Of a stretch of DNA of 64,000 bases, positions 1 to 14,335 are shown one piece after another. The position numbers and the translations under genes are program-made. A model generated the notes under the pieces. The model did no database searches, was not told the DNA's origin, and saw nothing but the letters and a program-made list of their open reading frames with translations. The DNA lies in NCBI GenBank assembly GCA_951406725.2, contig OX597814.1:212598001-212662000 (forward strand), written 5' to 3'. Positions within the stretch are counted from its first letter, which is position 1, and each line of letters opens with the position of its first letter. The stretch is from Octopus vulgaris. Its lineage: Eukaryota.

Positions 1-1350
1 GAATGTTTTCAAACGCTTGAAAATTGTTCTTGGCTGCAATATAATTTGATATATATTTATCTGAGTCCTTCATCAGAGGAAATACAGTGCGGTTATTCGT
101 ATGTAATTGACAGCATTTATTGATTAAGCAAACGTAGCTGAGTTTTAATCTAAACATACGATATTTTTATCAAAATAAACATAGCATATTAAATGTGTGT
201 GGCGGAGTCTATACACACACATACATACACAGGCATACACATACACGCACACACACGCACGTACACACAAACACACACATATACATAATCTCCTGATATA
301 TTATATAACAATTTAATTAATAAAATATATTTGATTTAGAGTGTTAAACTAAATAGTATATTATTAAAATATTTTGGAACAATTTAAAATAAACGCAGTA
401 TGATATTAAAGAAATTGACAACACTGTTGATTTATTAATACGGAAGAAGTTTGTATTTAGCGAGAAAAAACGGTTATATATTTACTTTACGAATATTTGC
501 TTATTACATGTATACTGGTTTACCTTACAACATATAGCATTTCTTTTAATTATTTTGCTGAGATCCTCAGCCATGTCATATTCTTTTCTTTTTTTTTTTG
601 TTGGTTAATATATATGATGAATGGTTTAATTTACGGAATAGCTATAAAACAGTTGTCATTTATATTGAAACATTCCCGAATTATGTTTATGAAATAATCA
701 TTTAAACAAACAATGACTAATATATCGAAGCCTTGTATTAATAAACTATGCTATTATAAACTACACTATGAATAAACTGTGACATTAAGGCATTCAACAA
801 CAATACTTATTACAGATAAGGAAAAGAACAATTGGAAAATCATTAATAGCAACGAAGTGTGCCAATACGATTGTCAAGAGTCGCCATTAATCACTACGTT
901 AATATTCTGCATATAACATAAGTATTTTGCAACGTGATGAATTAATTAATGATTTGTGGTAAAATAATGAAACGCCGAACGTATATATTCATCGTAGATT
1001 GTATATGCATGATCTTTGTTATGCATTCAACATTGAGGTCTGAATTAGTCATTTTAATAATACCTTATTTTGATACTTGATACTTGGGATATTCCAGTAC
1101 ACTGAAAAATTCTCACTCCTTTATCATTAATCTATTTAGGAATAGCAGCTTTTAGCGTGTAAAAAATAACTGTCTTACTATTAACACGATGTTATATATA
1201 TATATGTATGTTTGTATATCACCTTCACCTTCACCGACCAGTCCGTCGGGCGTCCATTTGACACCGCTGGTCACAACACGCGGTCCAGTCCTCTCTGGAT
1301 CGCGCCTTTTTCATCCACATGATCCCAATCGTCCTCCTGAAGTCGTAACT

Positions 1351-1980
1351 CTACTGTCGTGGAGGCCTTCCGGGTGGTCGTTTCCGATCGCGCGGGTACC
1401 ACTCGACAACTGCGCGGGTACACCGATTATCGGTGAGCTGAGCGACGTGTCCAGCCCATATAAACTTGCTGCGTGTATACTCTGCGATGGCATCCCTCAC
1501 GCCGGACTTCTTTCTGATGATCTCGCTATTGATGTGCTCTCTCAACGAGATATCAAGCATTGACCTTTCCATGGCTCTTTGAGCCGTTACCAGTCTCTGC
1601 TCTTCTCTCTTTGTGGTAGCCCATGTTTCCCTACCATATAACATTGCAGGTAGAACTGTACTGTTGATTAGGTTGGCGCGGGTGGTCCTGTCGAACTTTC
1701 CCTTGAGCACATCCCTTATGCCAGTAAACACCTTCCATCCGGCCCTTATTCTCCGTGAGATCGCCTTTTTGATATCTCGGCACATTTTCACTTCCTGTCC
1801 CAGGTAGACATATTCCTTTACCACCTCTATTTCATCACTGCCGATCACCATTCGACCTGTTGGTACGCTGTCTGAACGCATGAACTTCGTTTTCATGCGG
1901 TTCATCTTGATACCTACTGCAGAGCTTTTGATGTCGAGCTCCGTCAGCATGGTCTCAAGCTGATCTGTGGTTTTAGCGAT
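1351..1980 (-). pseudogene. RTE reverse transcriptase, C-terminal fragment
   Basis: ORF 1351..1950 has typical RTE motifs: KMNRMKTK, EYVYLG, RRIRAGW, VLPAMLYGRETW, AQRAMERSML, WAGHV. Confidence 0.9.
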
Positions 1981-2302
1981 TAGTATGTTTGTAGACTATG
2001 ATAAGGCCTTCGATAGCGTCGAAACCAACGCAGTGCTGAACTCGCTGGAGAGGCAAGGAGTCGAGGTGCAATATGTGCAACTGCTCAAGGAGGCAAATTC
2101 CGGATGCACCACCGACATCGCTCTGCTGTCATCACCCGTACGAGTTCAGGTCGAGAAGAGAGTGAAGCAAGGAGATACGATCTCCCCAAATCTTTTCACC
2201 GCATATCTCGTGCAGATCATCACACGCATCGACTGGCAAGGCGGTGTCAACATCAATGGCGAGCTCCTCACCCACCTCCGTTTCGCTGACGACATCGTAC
2301 TC
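1981..2302 (+). pseudogene. RTE reverse transcriptase core fragment (inverted segment)
   Basis: DYDKAFDSVE, QGDTISP and LRFADD motifs in ORF 1967..2434, whose tail is (TA)n read-through. Confidence 0.9.
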
Positions 2303-2307
2303 ATGTT

Positions 2308-2311
<4 letters not shown>

Positions 2312-2383
<72 letters not shown>

Positions 2384-2650
2384 CATATGCATCTAGTATA
2401 TTTGCATATTAATCTACAGATGTATTTCCATTGAATTATTATCTATACTCCATGAAGAACTTTATAGGGAAAATAAATAATGTGAGTGTACATGCATATA
2501 TACACATATATATGCATGTATATATATGTGTATATATTTATATGTATACACACATATATTATATATATACATAATACATACATACATACATACATACATA
2601 CATACATACATACATACATACATACATACATACATACATACACACACACA
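2312..2650. repeat. (TA)n and (TACA)n microsatellites
   Basis: Directly visible tandem repeats at about 2312-2376 and 2575-2645. Confidence 0.95.
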
Positions 2651-3420
2651 TATATGTATAAGTACACGCATAGTGTCTTTGAATTATTTAATCTCTAAAC
2701 AGTTCTATACAATTTCAATGTATAACTCTGGGGATGTTTCCGTTATATAAGTATCACAATCTTGTAAAATTTCACTATTTTGAACTCCAAAATTTATTTT
2801 GCCACAGTTTTCAGATTGTGTGGATGATTTATATTAAAGCTGCCCTCGGGTTTTTGTCATCCAGATATAGCCCAATGCGATATTTGTGCATGCATACTTC
2901 AGTATACCCACTCATACATAGACATACATATATATCTATATATAGCGGTGTGCGCATGGCTGTACATGTAGGTTGGTATCAATTTGTAGATACGCATAGA
3001 TTTCGAACTACAAAATGCGTGTAAATCAATGTATTGAGAAGCTTTGACTGACACTAAAGATATATTACTTCCCCATAAACCCTGGATAGATACCAGATAT
3101 TAGTGTCCATATTTTTCGAAAGATATAGCTTATGGTTTATTACAAAGCAATGAAGATCGATAGTAATATTTCAAAAAGTAGTGCATAAATTTTATTATAC
3201 AAAATTGGTCACATATTTCAATCGTATACACTTCAGTATATATAATACCAATTATTTTCTAAATCATATTTAGAGCATTAGTGCTTATATTTTCATATCC
3301 CTACAAAAAAATGTCATAATGATAGAAAACTACAAGTCCTTCACAAAACAACTGACTATAATGTATAGCAACAGCTTCTCTCAATTATTTCTGTCTCGTC
3401 CAGCTGCTCTTTTAATGTGA

Positions 3421-3421
<1 letters not shown>

Positions 3422-3451
<30 letters not shown>

Positions 3452-3555
3452 TGTATGTATGTATGTATGTATGTATGTATGTATGTATGTATGTATGTAT
3501 GGATGGATGGATGTATGTATGTAAGTAGGTATGTATGTATATATGTATGTATGCA
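3422..3555. repeat. (TATG)n microsatellite
   Basis: Directly visible. Confidence 0.95.
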
Positions 3556-4092
3556 TTTATATGTGTATGTATGTTGAATTGTATATATAAATATATATAT
3601 TTACATACATGCATAGTATATCTATACATATAAATATATAAATATCTATACGTATACATATAAATACATATGTATGTTTGTGTGTGTGTGTTAACACACT
3701 CATTTTTTGAATACGGGTATTATTAAATTAATGTTAGCTTTGTTTCAAGAAAAAGTCATAAGCAGGCAATATTCCAGTGAAATTAATCAGTTTTGGGCGA
3801 AAGCAGTGCTCTAGTGAATATATCCTGCATTAAAAAATAACTCCGTACTGATAATTTAATTACGTTGTCCATTGATCTAGCTTTAATGATATGTTTTCTA
3901 GTTTATGTCTTTATAATTCCTGAAACGGAAATCAGAGACTTTTCTTTAGAGAAATAACTTCTCTTTTAAACTATGTTTTTTAAAAAAATTATCTGAAGGT
4001 GACTTTCTAAAGAACACACAAGTTACAAGCATGAAATACCAGATAGAAACACTTACTGTGTGGTAAGTAGCTTGCTAACCAACCACATGGTA

Positions 4093-4508
4093 GGCGCAGG
4101 AGTGGCTGTGTGGTAAGTAGCTTGCTAACCAACTACATGGTTCCGAGTTCAGTCCCACTGCGTGGCACCTTGGGCAAGTGTCTTCTGCTATAGCCCCGGG
4201 CCGACCAATGCCTTGTGAGTGGATTTGGTAGACGGAAACTGAAAGAAGCCTGTCGTATATATGTATATATATATATGTATGTGTGTGTGTGTTTGTGTGT
4301 CTGTGTTTGTCTCCCTAGCATTGCTTGCCAACCGATGCTGGTGTGTTTACGTCCCCGTTACTTAGCGGTTCGGCAAAAGAGACCGATAGAATAAGTACTG
4401 GGCTTACAAAGAATAAGTCCCGGGGTCGATTTCCTCGACTAAAGGCGGTGCTCCAGCATGGCCGCAGTCAAATGACTGAAACAAGTAAAAGAGTAAAAGA
4501 GAGAGAGA
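4093..4508 (+). mobile_element. tRNA-derived SINE family A (CORE-like), full length
   Basis: Pol III A/B-box-like head (GTGGCTGTGTGGTAAG...GAGTTCAGTCCC), CORE-like CCTTGGGCAAGT, internal (TA/TG)n, tail GAAACAAGTAAAAGAGTAAAAGAG. Near-identical copies at 34311, 42993 and 43663. Confidence 0.9.
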
Positions 4509-4666
4509 TAAAATGTACGTACACAACAATACTCATAATGTATAAATTATCACCCACATCCAAATGACTCTGCACAAGCCACTACACACACATTCGGACA
4601 CTCATATACACATACATAAACGTATATATATATATATATATACACACACATACGCACACACATATA

Positions 4667-4687
4667 TAGATAGATAGATATATATAT

Positions 4688-4763
<76 letters not shown>

Positions 4764-4797
4764 GCAGACAGAAAGATTGATAGATAGATAGATAGAC

Positions 4798-4885
<88 letters not shown>
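4667..4885. repeat. (TAGA)n microsatellite
   Basis: Directly visible. Confidence 0.95.
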
Positions 4886-7800
4886 CCAAATTGAGAGATA
4901 GAACAAGTAAAATCCAAGCTATAAATGTTTCTGAGCGAGGAGATCCTCTAATGTAACATTTACTCAAGGAGGGGTATTCGATAGCCATTCATCAAGCTGC
5001 TGAAGATATCTTAATTATATGAAGGTTGCATTGTCGTTCGAAGGTTACATTGTCAACTCATCGAAGATGTCATTTGGGTTTTTATTCGCATTCATAGCAA
5101 TTGCATTTGCTAACCCTGAGATATACTAAATGATTTTAGCTTATCGAACTTCGATATGCGAGAAGCCTACAACCTTCTAATTCAATAAACTATTGTGGTT
5201 CGCGAGCGTTGTATTTTAGACCTACCACCGACTGCTCGGAGCTTTGAAAATTCCGACACTTAGATCATTGGATCTTATAATTGCATATATATATATATAT
5301 ATATATACGGGGGGGGGGGGTTATTAAGTTCTAGTAACGTACATAAAGTAACGTACATTAAGTTCTAGTAACGTACATCAATCGCGCATAAACATAGTAT
5401 GACTTCTTTTTATATTCCGAATTTGCTACCCACTAGAATCTCAGAAAGCTCCCTACACAATGACAAGTGTTAAAACACATGAATGTCAAAGACTAAGGTA
5501 AGTTGTCGCCCCTGGTCTATAACATTCAGGTGTTCATTAACATTCAGCGTTGTATAGGGAACTTTTTCAGACGCTATCCCGCAGCAACTTCGGCGTATAA
5601 ACACAAAAAGTTGTACGTATGATCGACAATGCTTATATAAATGTGTATGTATGTGTGTGTGTGTGTCTGTGTGTGTGTGCGTGAGTGTGTCATTTATAAC
5701 CTGTTGTTTGGAAATGCAAATATTTCAGCAACTTTCGGAACTATTGCCTACCCAAACTATGCTAAAGAACTTTGAGGCTGCACAAGATGGTCTATATTCT
5801 ATCTACCCATGCCGCAACACCCTTATTTTTCAACGTTAACTATGCAAATGACATTAATTAATTTGTATACGTAACCTTTTCGTCCATTCGATGACTATTT
5901 CACTTTCATGCTTGCTGATGGATTGTTGTTATCTCCTTCAGTTTAAACTTCCTTTAACATGCTTCTGCGCCAATTGGTGAAGTATTTAGGTGCTCGCATT
6001 ACTAGATCCGGTATTTCATTTTTCTTTTTTGCGAACTGAAAGCCAGCCAGTTTTGATGTAGAAAATCTCGTCAGAAACAAAGCAATATTCCGCCCCTATT
6101 GCAAGCACCAGACACTTCCATGTTCACATTGCATGTCATTTCCTCGGCTTTTCGTATTTTGAAATACTTTCCACATGTTCCCTTCACGTGACTTTTCCAA
6201 ACTAACTTCTACTGAGCATCCAGAATAAGCGGGCCATCTCATGAAATTAAGGCGTTGATTTGTTTTTGAAATATGGCTTCCATATATGATGATGCCCTTC
6301 GAATCCTCCTGCATTTTCCACTCTTTCACACATTCAGAAATCTATCTTTCGAGTTTCCTTTACTCACTAATGTTTTCATCTCCCGTCCACATCTTGAAGA
6401 AAACTTCAGGGAGCAACTGAACAAATTTTTGCTAATTCTCGTTAGTTCAGAAACAGAAAACAACTTCGTCTTTTTACTCGTAATATTAACTCCAGCATAA
6501 CTATTTTTAGTGCAGCAATAATGATATGCAATACTTCGGCAAGTCTTCAGGCATATTTTACAACTGATGCCTCTTACATAATCTATCGTATCTGCTTTTC
6601 GTTGAATGTGTCATTCCAACAACGTGCATGATGGAAGCATAACGTATTCCAGTCTGAGGAGGAATTTTATAGTGTGGCAAACTTCATTTCCACTGATCTC
6701 TGTACGTTAAATTTTTCAGTTTCCCCCCAAGTGTGTGTGTGTGTGTGGTTTCTTGCACAAAAATATACATTGCAATCATTAGACAAATTTGTATTGCATC
6801 CACTGTCTTATGTAACCTACAACTAAAACTAGGTGACAAAAAGCAGATGTTATAACGTTTTAACTCTCGATATAATAAGCTGATCTTATTTTGCATTATA
6901 TCAAGTACCATTCATTGCGCATCGTAGATGGCATTATATGAATCTGCCTTAAAGAGAATAATAAATAATGAAACTTAAGGCGACTCGTAATTAACATGTT
7001 TTGTGATAGTTTTGTGATAGTCTTATGATAGTTCTGTGTTGGAATGATTTCTTGTTGTAAATTGTTTGAAAGATTAGTTGTTGTGGAGCAATTTTTTTCA
7101 ATCTCAGGCTTCCGTTATAATATCCATCTTCTTAACATCGCTGTTTTGACTACACAATTATCTATGCTGTAATTCGTCCTTCGGCATGCGAATGCTGAAA
7201 GAAATTCAAGGAAACTTCGTGCTATTGTTTATATGACAAGGTTAATTTGTTCAATGTATTTTTCCTAACACTACATACGCTGACAATGTAGTTTTATTCA
7301 TAGTGTGTGAGACAGTAATTTTGGATAATTTGGAGTTTGCCTATAAGGACTAACGTTTTGAATCGAAATTAAATTATAAACCTGCGGTGATATCTAATAA
7401 TACGTCTGTGGGCATGGGTGGCGATTATTTCTGTGGCGAAGGTTTGAGAATAAATAGTAGATAGTGCGAACAGTTTTGCTGCAAGTGATAAATGTAATTT
7501 AATCGCTTATTTTCACAATTAAAAGTGTATGTTCATAAAAAATTGCACTTCTAATTGCATCTTTATCAACTGCCGGCATTACATTTCAAATCAACCGGGA
7601 GATACCTCACACATACTCTTAGACATTTATTTACTGCGGCGTGTTAGTACTTTCATTTAAATGCTATGATATATAGATATATTCAAAAACATGAATGAGT
7701 GTATTTTTTTCATTTCTATTCTTAGAACCCATTCGCAAAATTTTCACGCTAAGATTATCCCTTTTTTCTTGCTATTCTCTCCCAGACACCAATCTTAAGT

Positions 7801-8374
7801 ACTTACTTTTTTTCTCTTCTCTTCTCCCTTTCTTTCTTATTATGACTTTCGTCATCTCACACTACAATGACGAGAAGTTACAAAATACTTTATAAACCAT
7901 CGGAAAATGTGTCTCCCAACGGCATATTGACTTCCACGAAAACAAATATTCTTTAAAAAATGTAAAAATAGACATAAATGTGTGTTCATGAGTATCTGTA
8001 TGTAGGCGTACGCTTGAATGAATTCAATTAGAAAGACAATCCTACACATCATATTTTCAAAATAAAGTGCACATGAGAGTAAGAGGCATGTCAACTGAAA
8101 GTGGGTTCAGCTGCTTCATAGAGTTTACAGTCTCTGTTACAGAATAATTATACTGGCATCAATAACTTGCATATAAATTTCATCATTATAATTTAATAAT
8201 TACAAACCGATAATCCTCGGGAGCCACAGCGTAGCTTTAAGTGCAATATTTGAATTTATTGTCGAAATCCTGTATCTCATTACTTCACTTTGATAATACT
8301 CCAATAAAGAAATTTTAAATTTAACTGTATGTTATCAAGCATTCGTGGTTATACAAGTGAAATATTAAGCTCAC

Positions 8375-8409
8375 ATATACATACATGTATATATGTATGT
8401 GTGTGTATT

Positions 8410-8448
<39 letters not shown>

Positions 8449-8617
8449 ATATATGTACACACACACATATATAACCACATGTATATAATCTTACGGGTAC
8501 ATATATATGTGTGTGCGTGTGTGTATGCATAACCATAGGGGTACAGATATATGTATGTATATGTGTGTATGTATGTATATATATATATGTAGATGTATAT
8601 ATGTATATACATATATA

Positions 8618-8691
<74 letters not shown>

Positions 8692-8724
8692 TGTATACAT
8701 ATATATACATATATATATATATAA

Positions 8725-8789
<65 letters not shown>

Positions 8790-8962
8790 TATATATAAAT
8801 ACACTCACGCACACATATGTAGACATATTTAGTTAGAATGCGGCGTCGCACTATGGGCAGGAACATTGTACCAAATCTACTCACATCCGACCTATTGAGC
8901 AGATTTGGTAGACGGAAACTGAAAGAAGCTTGCCGTATATACATATGTGTGTGCGTGTAGAC

Positions 8963-9016
<54 letters not shown>
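8375..9016. repeat. Compound (TA)n/(TG)n microsatellite region containing a short SINE A fragment (~8895-8940)
   Basis: Visible repeats; GATTTGGTAGACGGAAACTGAAAGAAGC matches SINE A. Confidence 0.85.
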
Positions 9017-9018
<2 letters not shown>

Positions 9019-9907
9019 TAGAAATAACAGTAAAAATTAATTTTTGAAATCGCCGACAAAAACACTGACAATAATTACAGAAAACAACAGTCTGCGAGAT
9101 TGCGAGCTAAGAAAATATTTCAACATACCGGTAAAATATGCATCTATATATTGTCTAGTATTTGGACACATGTGGACCGTTTTCGGGACTGGCATTATAG
9201 CATCACCTTTCCCATAATTTACTACCACGACGAAAAAATTCACCAACCCTTCACTTTGAAGTCTGCAATGCAACTAATTTGTTTCGCGCCAAATCTTAGC
9301 AGTCTCAGTGTGTAAAATACAATTCTAATACGGAGCAAATAGTTCAGCAGAAAATATTTGCCAAGATACCATTAACTCTTTTATTATCTAGGATATAAAA
9401 AAAAATTAAGAATGATATTAAAATAATAATATAGCCTAATGACTGAAATAAATAAATGGTGAAATATATGTATAGACAAGCATATACAGATTGACTCATA
9501 CATTCTTACATACAGAACTTATAGTATATGCGTGTGCGCACGCCTGCGTGTCTTTGAAGAATACGTGCGTTATTCGAAAACAAATTTGGTAATTAAATAG
9601 GACAACTCTAAAATAACAAAAATCAAACGCATAAATTTGTGCACTTCCTCTGATTAAGCTTACTTGGTTTATTATTCAATAGATGTGTCTTTGGCGTCAA
9701 TAACTGACAACGCATGGAGGAGGTGGTGTCCAATAATGAATATAAATATTTGTCTGGACAATTCGGCCCCCAGAAATGGCCGTAGGACTTTTAATGCTCG
9801 AACCGTTTATATTTTACCCTTTTGGGGGAACTCTTAACTTTCTATCTAATTCTATAATATCGTTTTTATTCTATAAGTCGATTACACATACATACATACA
9901 TACATAC

Positions 9908-9960
<53 letters not shown>

Positions 9961-10244
9961 GCTTTTATATATTTATGTATTTGGCGAGTCTGCTTTCACG
10001 TTTTTGAGTTCAAATTTCGTCGAGGTTGACTTCGACATAAAAGCGGGGCTGAAACAATTAAAAGGGTAAAAGAGCGACGAGTCAATATATATAAGTATAG
10101 ACTTATATATCTATATATTTTTGATATGTTTGATATTTTAAAGAAGTCTTTAAAAATTCATACACATTGATTGTACGGCTGAATGTATGTATTATTATAT
10201 GAGAATCGACTTTCCTAATGTTATTCGTATCTCCGTAGACACAT

Positions 10245-10470
10245 ATATGTGGTGTGTGTGTGTGTGTGTGTGTAACTTTGTGTCAGTATTTGTGTCTCAC
10301 TATAACTTGAAAACTGATGCTGGTACGTTTACGTTCCAGTAACATAGCAATTCGGCAAATCGAGCCAACAATATTAGTATTGGGGCCGTTTCGTTTGACT
10401 AATATTCGTCAAGGCGGTTTCACAAGACGGCTGCAGTCTAATAACAGAAAAATTAAAAGAAAAGATAAAA
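10245..10470 (+). mobile_element. Degenerate 3' half of SINE family A
   Basis: Diverged match to CTGATGCTGGTGTGTTTACG...TTCGGCAAA...AAGGCGG...GGCCGCAGTC...AAAAG tail. Confidence 0.6.
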
Positions 10471-10677
10471 GAAACAGGATTTTCAGTTCAAAAAATAGAA
10501 TATTAATGTTGCGTACATTCGAGTAAAATATCGATCAGTTTTCAGTGAAACCACTGATGTAGATCCACACACATAACTATAACAAGGGCAGGAAGAAATA
10601 GACAAATATATTCACAATTATTTACAAGTATTTTCAAACATATTTAGCACAGTTCACTTCCTTTTTTCATTGTTCAG

Positions 10678-10957
10678 TATTCAGTCGCACTGCGTGGGGC
10701 CTTGGGCAAGTATCTTCTACTATAGCCTCCAGTCGACCAAAGCCTTGTGAGTGATATTGATTTTAAATCTTGGCTCAAGGCCAGCAACTCCGAGGATTAT
10801 CTCGATCCCAGAGCTCGACTGGTATCTGTTTTATCGACCCCAAAAGGATGAAAGGCAAAGTCGATCTCGGCGGAATTTGAACTCAGAACGTAAAGACGGA
10901 CGAAATGCCGCTAAGCATTTCGCACAGAGTGCTACTGATGCTGCTTGTTCACCGCCT
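10678..10957. mobile_element. SINE A fragment (+, ~10678-10755) joined to a SINE family C copy (-, ~10770-10957)
   Basis: CACTGCGTGGGGCCTTGGGCAAGT matches family A. TTTATCGACCCCAAAAGGATGAAAGGCAAAGTCGA...GGAATTTGAACTCAGAACG is the reverse complement of family C. Confidence 0.8.
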
Positions 10958-11544
10958 TCTTTACAACACATATTGAGAAACATTTTTTTTTTATATGTGT
11001 ATGAAGCAAATAACATTTTTTTCGATGCTATTCTGCGAATATCTACTTCTGATATTTGTAGTAATAAATTTTCAACTTTAACACATGTAGACAACCAGTC
11101 AAGTTTATATTAAATTGATGATATTTTCCTTAGGCATAGTAGACATATTGATTGTGGTGAAGTCATTTTAATGACAAATTATTCCCGAAACGTTAGATTT
11201 TTTGTGTAATATGCCTTCATTGGAATTTATATTGTCTAAGTTTGTCTGTGTGTGAGTGTGTGTGTATGCGTGAATGTGTGCGCGTGTGTGCAGTCGGGTG
11301 CAAAATTTCAAAAGTGTAAAAAAGACTGTGCGTTTTCGTATGTACGTGTCCCTATATGTATATTAACAGCGGTTTATTAATTACTTGTTTATGAAAAATA
11401 GTGAAAATATTTTGAACGCAGTTTAAGAATACATAAATTACATTTCATTGTGAACCATGTGGTTAGACACATATACGTTCACATTCCCAAAGTCTTGCAC
11501 ATAAACAAGAATACGATTATATGCATCATTTCTTGAGTGAAGAA

Positions 11545-11930
11545 TCTCTCTATATATAAACGGCAGTTTGTCTGTGCGTGTTTCTGTGTGTCTGTTTGCT
11601 TGTACCCTCACCCTGACCACAGCTTTCAACCGATTCTAATGAAACTTGACACACACATAGCCCAATGTCATAATTCAAAACTAACGCAGCGAAAATTTTG
11701 AAAAGTTCCCCTAGTTCTGAAAAAAATCGATAAATTCGACATGGGGTCGAGAACCAGGAACACAAACCACAGACTGTGTAGGGGACGCAACTCCACCTTT
11801 TTTAACTATCAAAAAAAAATTTACCATAATTTTTTTCCAATTTTTTTGCTGTTTTTTGGCTATAACTCTCTAAAAATGCTTTATAGTTATTTCCCTTACA
11901 AACCTGAGCAACGCCGGGTGATACTGCTAG
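11545..11930 (+). mobile_element. Non-autonomous Helitron
   Basis: Starts TC after host A, ends with subterminal hairpin CCTGAGCAACGCCGGG then CTAG before host T; no TSD. Second copy at 42353-42737. Confidence 0.88.
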
Positions 11931-13239
11931 TTTCTAATAAAAGAGAGTGAATTTTCTAACAACAATATACGAAACCTTTTAATACATATAAACAAAAATG
12001 ATACAAAAACTACGTTAATATACTCTGTGGCAGCAACAATTTATTACAAGTATTTTGATAGGCGTTTTAAGAGTGCTTTGTAAGCTTAATCTAAATATAA
12101 AATCTGATTTTTGTTCGAGTTTATGCTAGTAAACAAAATTCTTCACACTTTTATACATAGTTCTTGCATGTATACTTCATGACTCTCTCCTTATTTTTCC
12201 TAATAACCTTCTAAGGATATTTCATTGCTTTTTTCGGTCACTTTGCTTCAAATTAAAACTGATCTTATAAAATTTAAAATATACACGTAAAAAATGTTCC
12301 TCTGGTCTGCACTTCACATACTTCGATCCAAAAATGTAAATCTCAGTCTGATCTCTCCATTTGAATATGCGCAAATTTCTGTTAGATTCTTACCCGTAAA
12401 AGGTATTTTATTTGAAAAAAACTTTTTTCATAGCAGTCTTGATTTTTGTTCTCCCTCAAAGAATCTTTGGCTTACAGCTCTATCCTCTAAACTGACCTAT
12501 GCTTGCCGTGTTTCTTATGATGTCATTTGATCAATTAGAAATAGTTCCCCATTATCGCAGTTTTCATTTTCACTACACATTTTTAGAAAGATATTGTTAG
12601 AAACTCCTTACACCAACTCCAAATTTTCTGGCAATCTGATGAAAAGCGTATTATATTTTATCCTCTGTTTATATAGTATCAAGTCTTCCCTAATACTAAT
12701 ACTAACGATCTTTATATATACGCTACCAAAAGTGATGTCATCTTGTCTCATTGCTGGTTGGCAACAGAATATGTTATAATACATATTTGCTTCTACAATC
12801 TATACTTTTACATACTCAATTTTCATTTTATCAACTATTTTAACGTAAAAAAAAACACTGTTAATTTTGGAGCACTATAGTGTATAGAACAATTTCATTT
12901 GAACAACAAAGGTTAAAAAATACTTATAACGAAGATAGTGTTATTAAATCCCACAAACTACTACTTGTATATAGAAGTGGATATTACTTTATAATCATTG
13001 AATACAGTCGTTTCTGAGGTTGCACTGGAAGAGTTTTTTTCTTGTTTTATTGCACTGTTTCACGTTTTCTTTTCCCTTCGGTCATGTATTCATTATTCCT
13101 AAATATTCATCACAGTTATACGTATATATATATATATGTTTTTTGTATATGTGTGTGTGTTTGTGTGTGTGTGTGTATGTGTGGGTGTGGGTGTAGCTGA
13201 AATTTACAGAAAAACAAAAGACGATATCTGTATATATAT

Positions 13240-14020
13240 AATCTACTGCCATCTGTAGGAGACGGAGTGGTTCTTTCCCCTGCTCACAATATATGGGATG
13301 CAGGTGTGCATCGTAAACCACTTAGAGGAGATGTCTTCTTGGGGTTAAAAATCGCTATAAAATCCGTTCGAACGGACAGTTATGTTGAAGTGGCTACGAA
13401 CATTACTTGTTAGTACAACTACTGCGTCGATACCTTACAGAGACTTCAGAACTAGTATGTTTATATATATGTATATAAGCAAACATGGTAGTTTTAAAAT
13501 CTCTCTAAGTAGTTGTACAAACAAGTAGTGTCAGTAGCTCCTTCAACATGGCTCTCTGTTCGAACGAAATTTGTTGCGATTTTTTAAACCCAAGAAGACA
13601 TCTCCTCTACTTGGTACAGCTGCATTCGAGATATTACGATCATGGGAGCGAACTCCTACCACCTTCTCGCAGTGGTACCAGCAGACCACCCTAGTTTTGG
13701 GCTACTTCTCTTCATTACTGGACACTACGTTTGCTATGATAGATGTTTGACGATTCTGCTCGCAGTATATAACATTTCAAGCGACGTACAACTCCCGATT
13801 TTCCTAAAAGAAAAGTACCAGCTTTAAAATCTTTTTAAGACATCAACGAAGTAGTTGTACCCGAAAGTAATTTTCTTAGCCACTTCAACATGGTTGTCAG
13901 TTCGAAGGGACTTTACTGCGAATTTTTAACCCGAAGAGGACATCTCCTCCAGCTGGTTAACTATTCACAGCTGCATCCGAGATATTGTGAGCCGAGGAGC
14001 GAACACCTACCACCTTCTAT
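13240..14020. repeat. Diverged repeat trio: one inverted and two direct copies of a ~170-bp unit (PLE-terminal-repeat-like layout)
   Basis: AGTAGTTGTAC...GTTCGAA...TTTTAA(A)CCC(A/G)AGA(A/G)GACATCTCCTC...CAGCTGCAT at ~13508 and ~13849; its reverse complement at ~13295-13423. Confidence 0.75.
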
Positions 14021-14218
14021 ATATTAAAATTCGTAGAAGTAACAAAGTTACGCAGGCGCCAAGAGTCGTGTGCGTTAGCATTTATCAAACTGTTTGCACC
14101 AATATACCTGTATATTTATGCATATAAATATATATGTGTATGTGTGTGTGTGTGTGTCTGTGTGAGTGTGTGTGTGTAGTGAATATATACATGTATATAT
14201 ACCTATAAATATATATAT

Positions 14219-14221
<3 letters not shown>

Positions 14222-14308
<87 letters not shown>

Positions 14309-14335
14309 TGTATTTATGAATATGTATGTATGCAT
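14222..14335. repeat. (TA)n/(TATG)n microsatellite
   Basis: Directly visible. Confidence 0.95.

Larger units (their letters stand above)
1220..2302 (-). mobile_element. RTE-clade LINE, 5'-truncated with an inverted 5' segment (twin-priming structure)
   Basis: Minus 1220-1980 encodes the RT C-terminus (IAKTTDQLETMLTEL...YVYLGQ...WAGHV...RPPGRP) and ends in a (GGTGAA)n-type tail. Plus 1981-2302 encodes the RT core (FVDYDKAFDSV, KQGDTISP, LRFADDIVL). Putative TSD ATGTTTGT(A/G)TAT at 1208-1219 and 2303-2314. Confidence 0.92.

Noticed and set aside
5840-6680. Possible decayed LINE fragment on the minus strand (QRLNFMRWPA resembling LRWAGH)
   Set aside because: The similarity is too weak to call by eye; it needs tBLASTn or HMM support.
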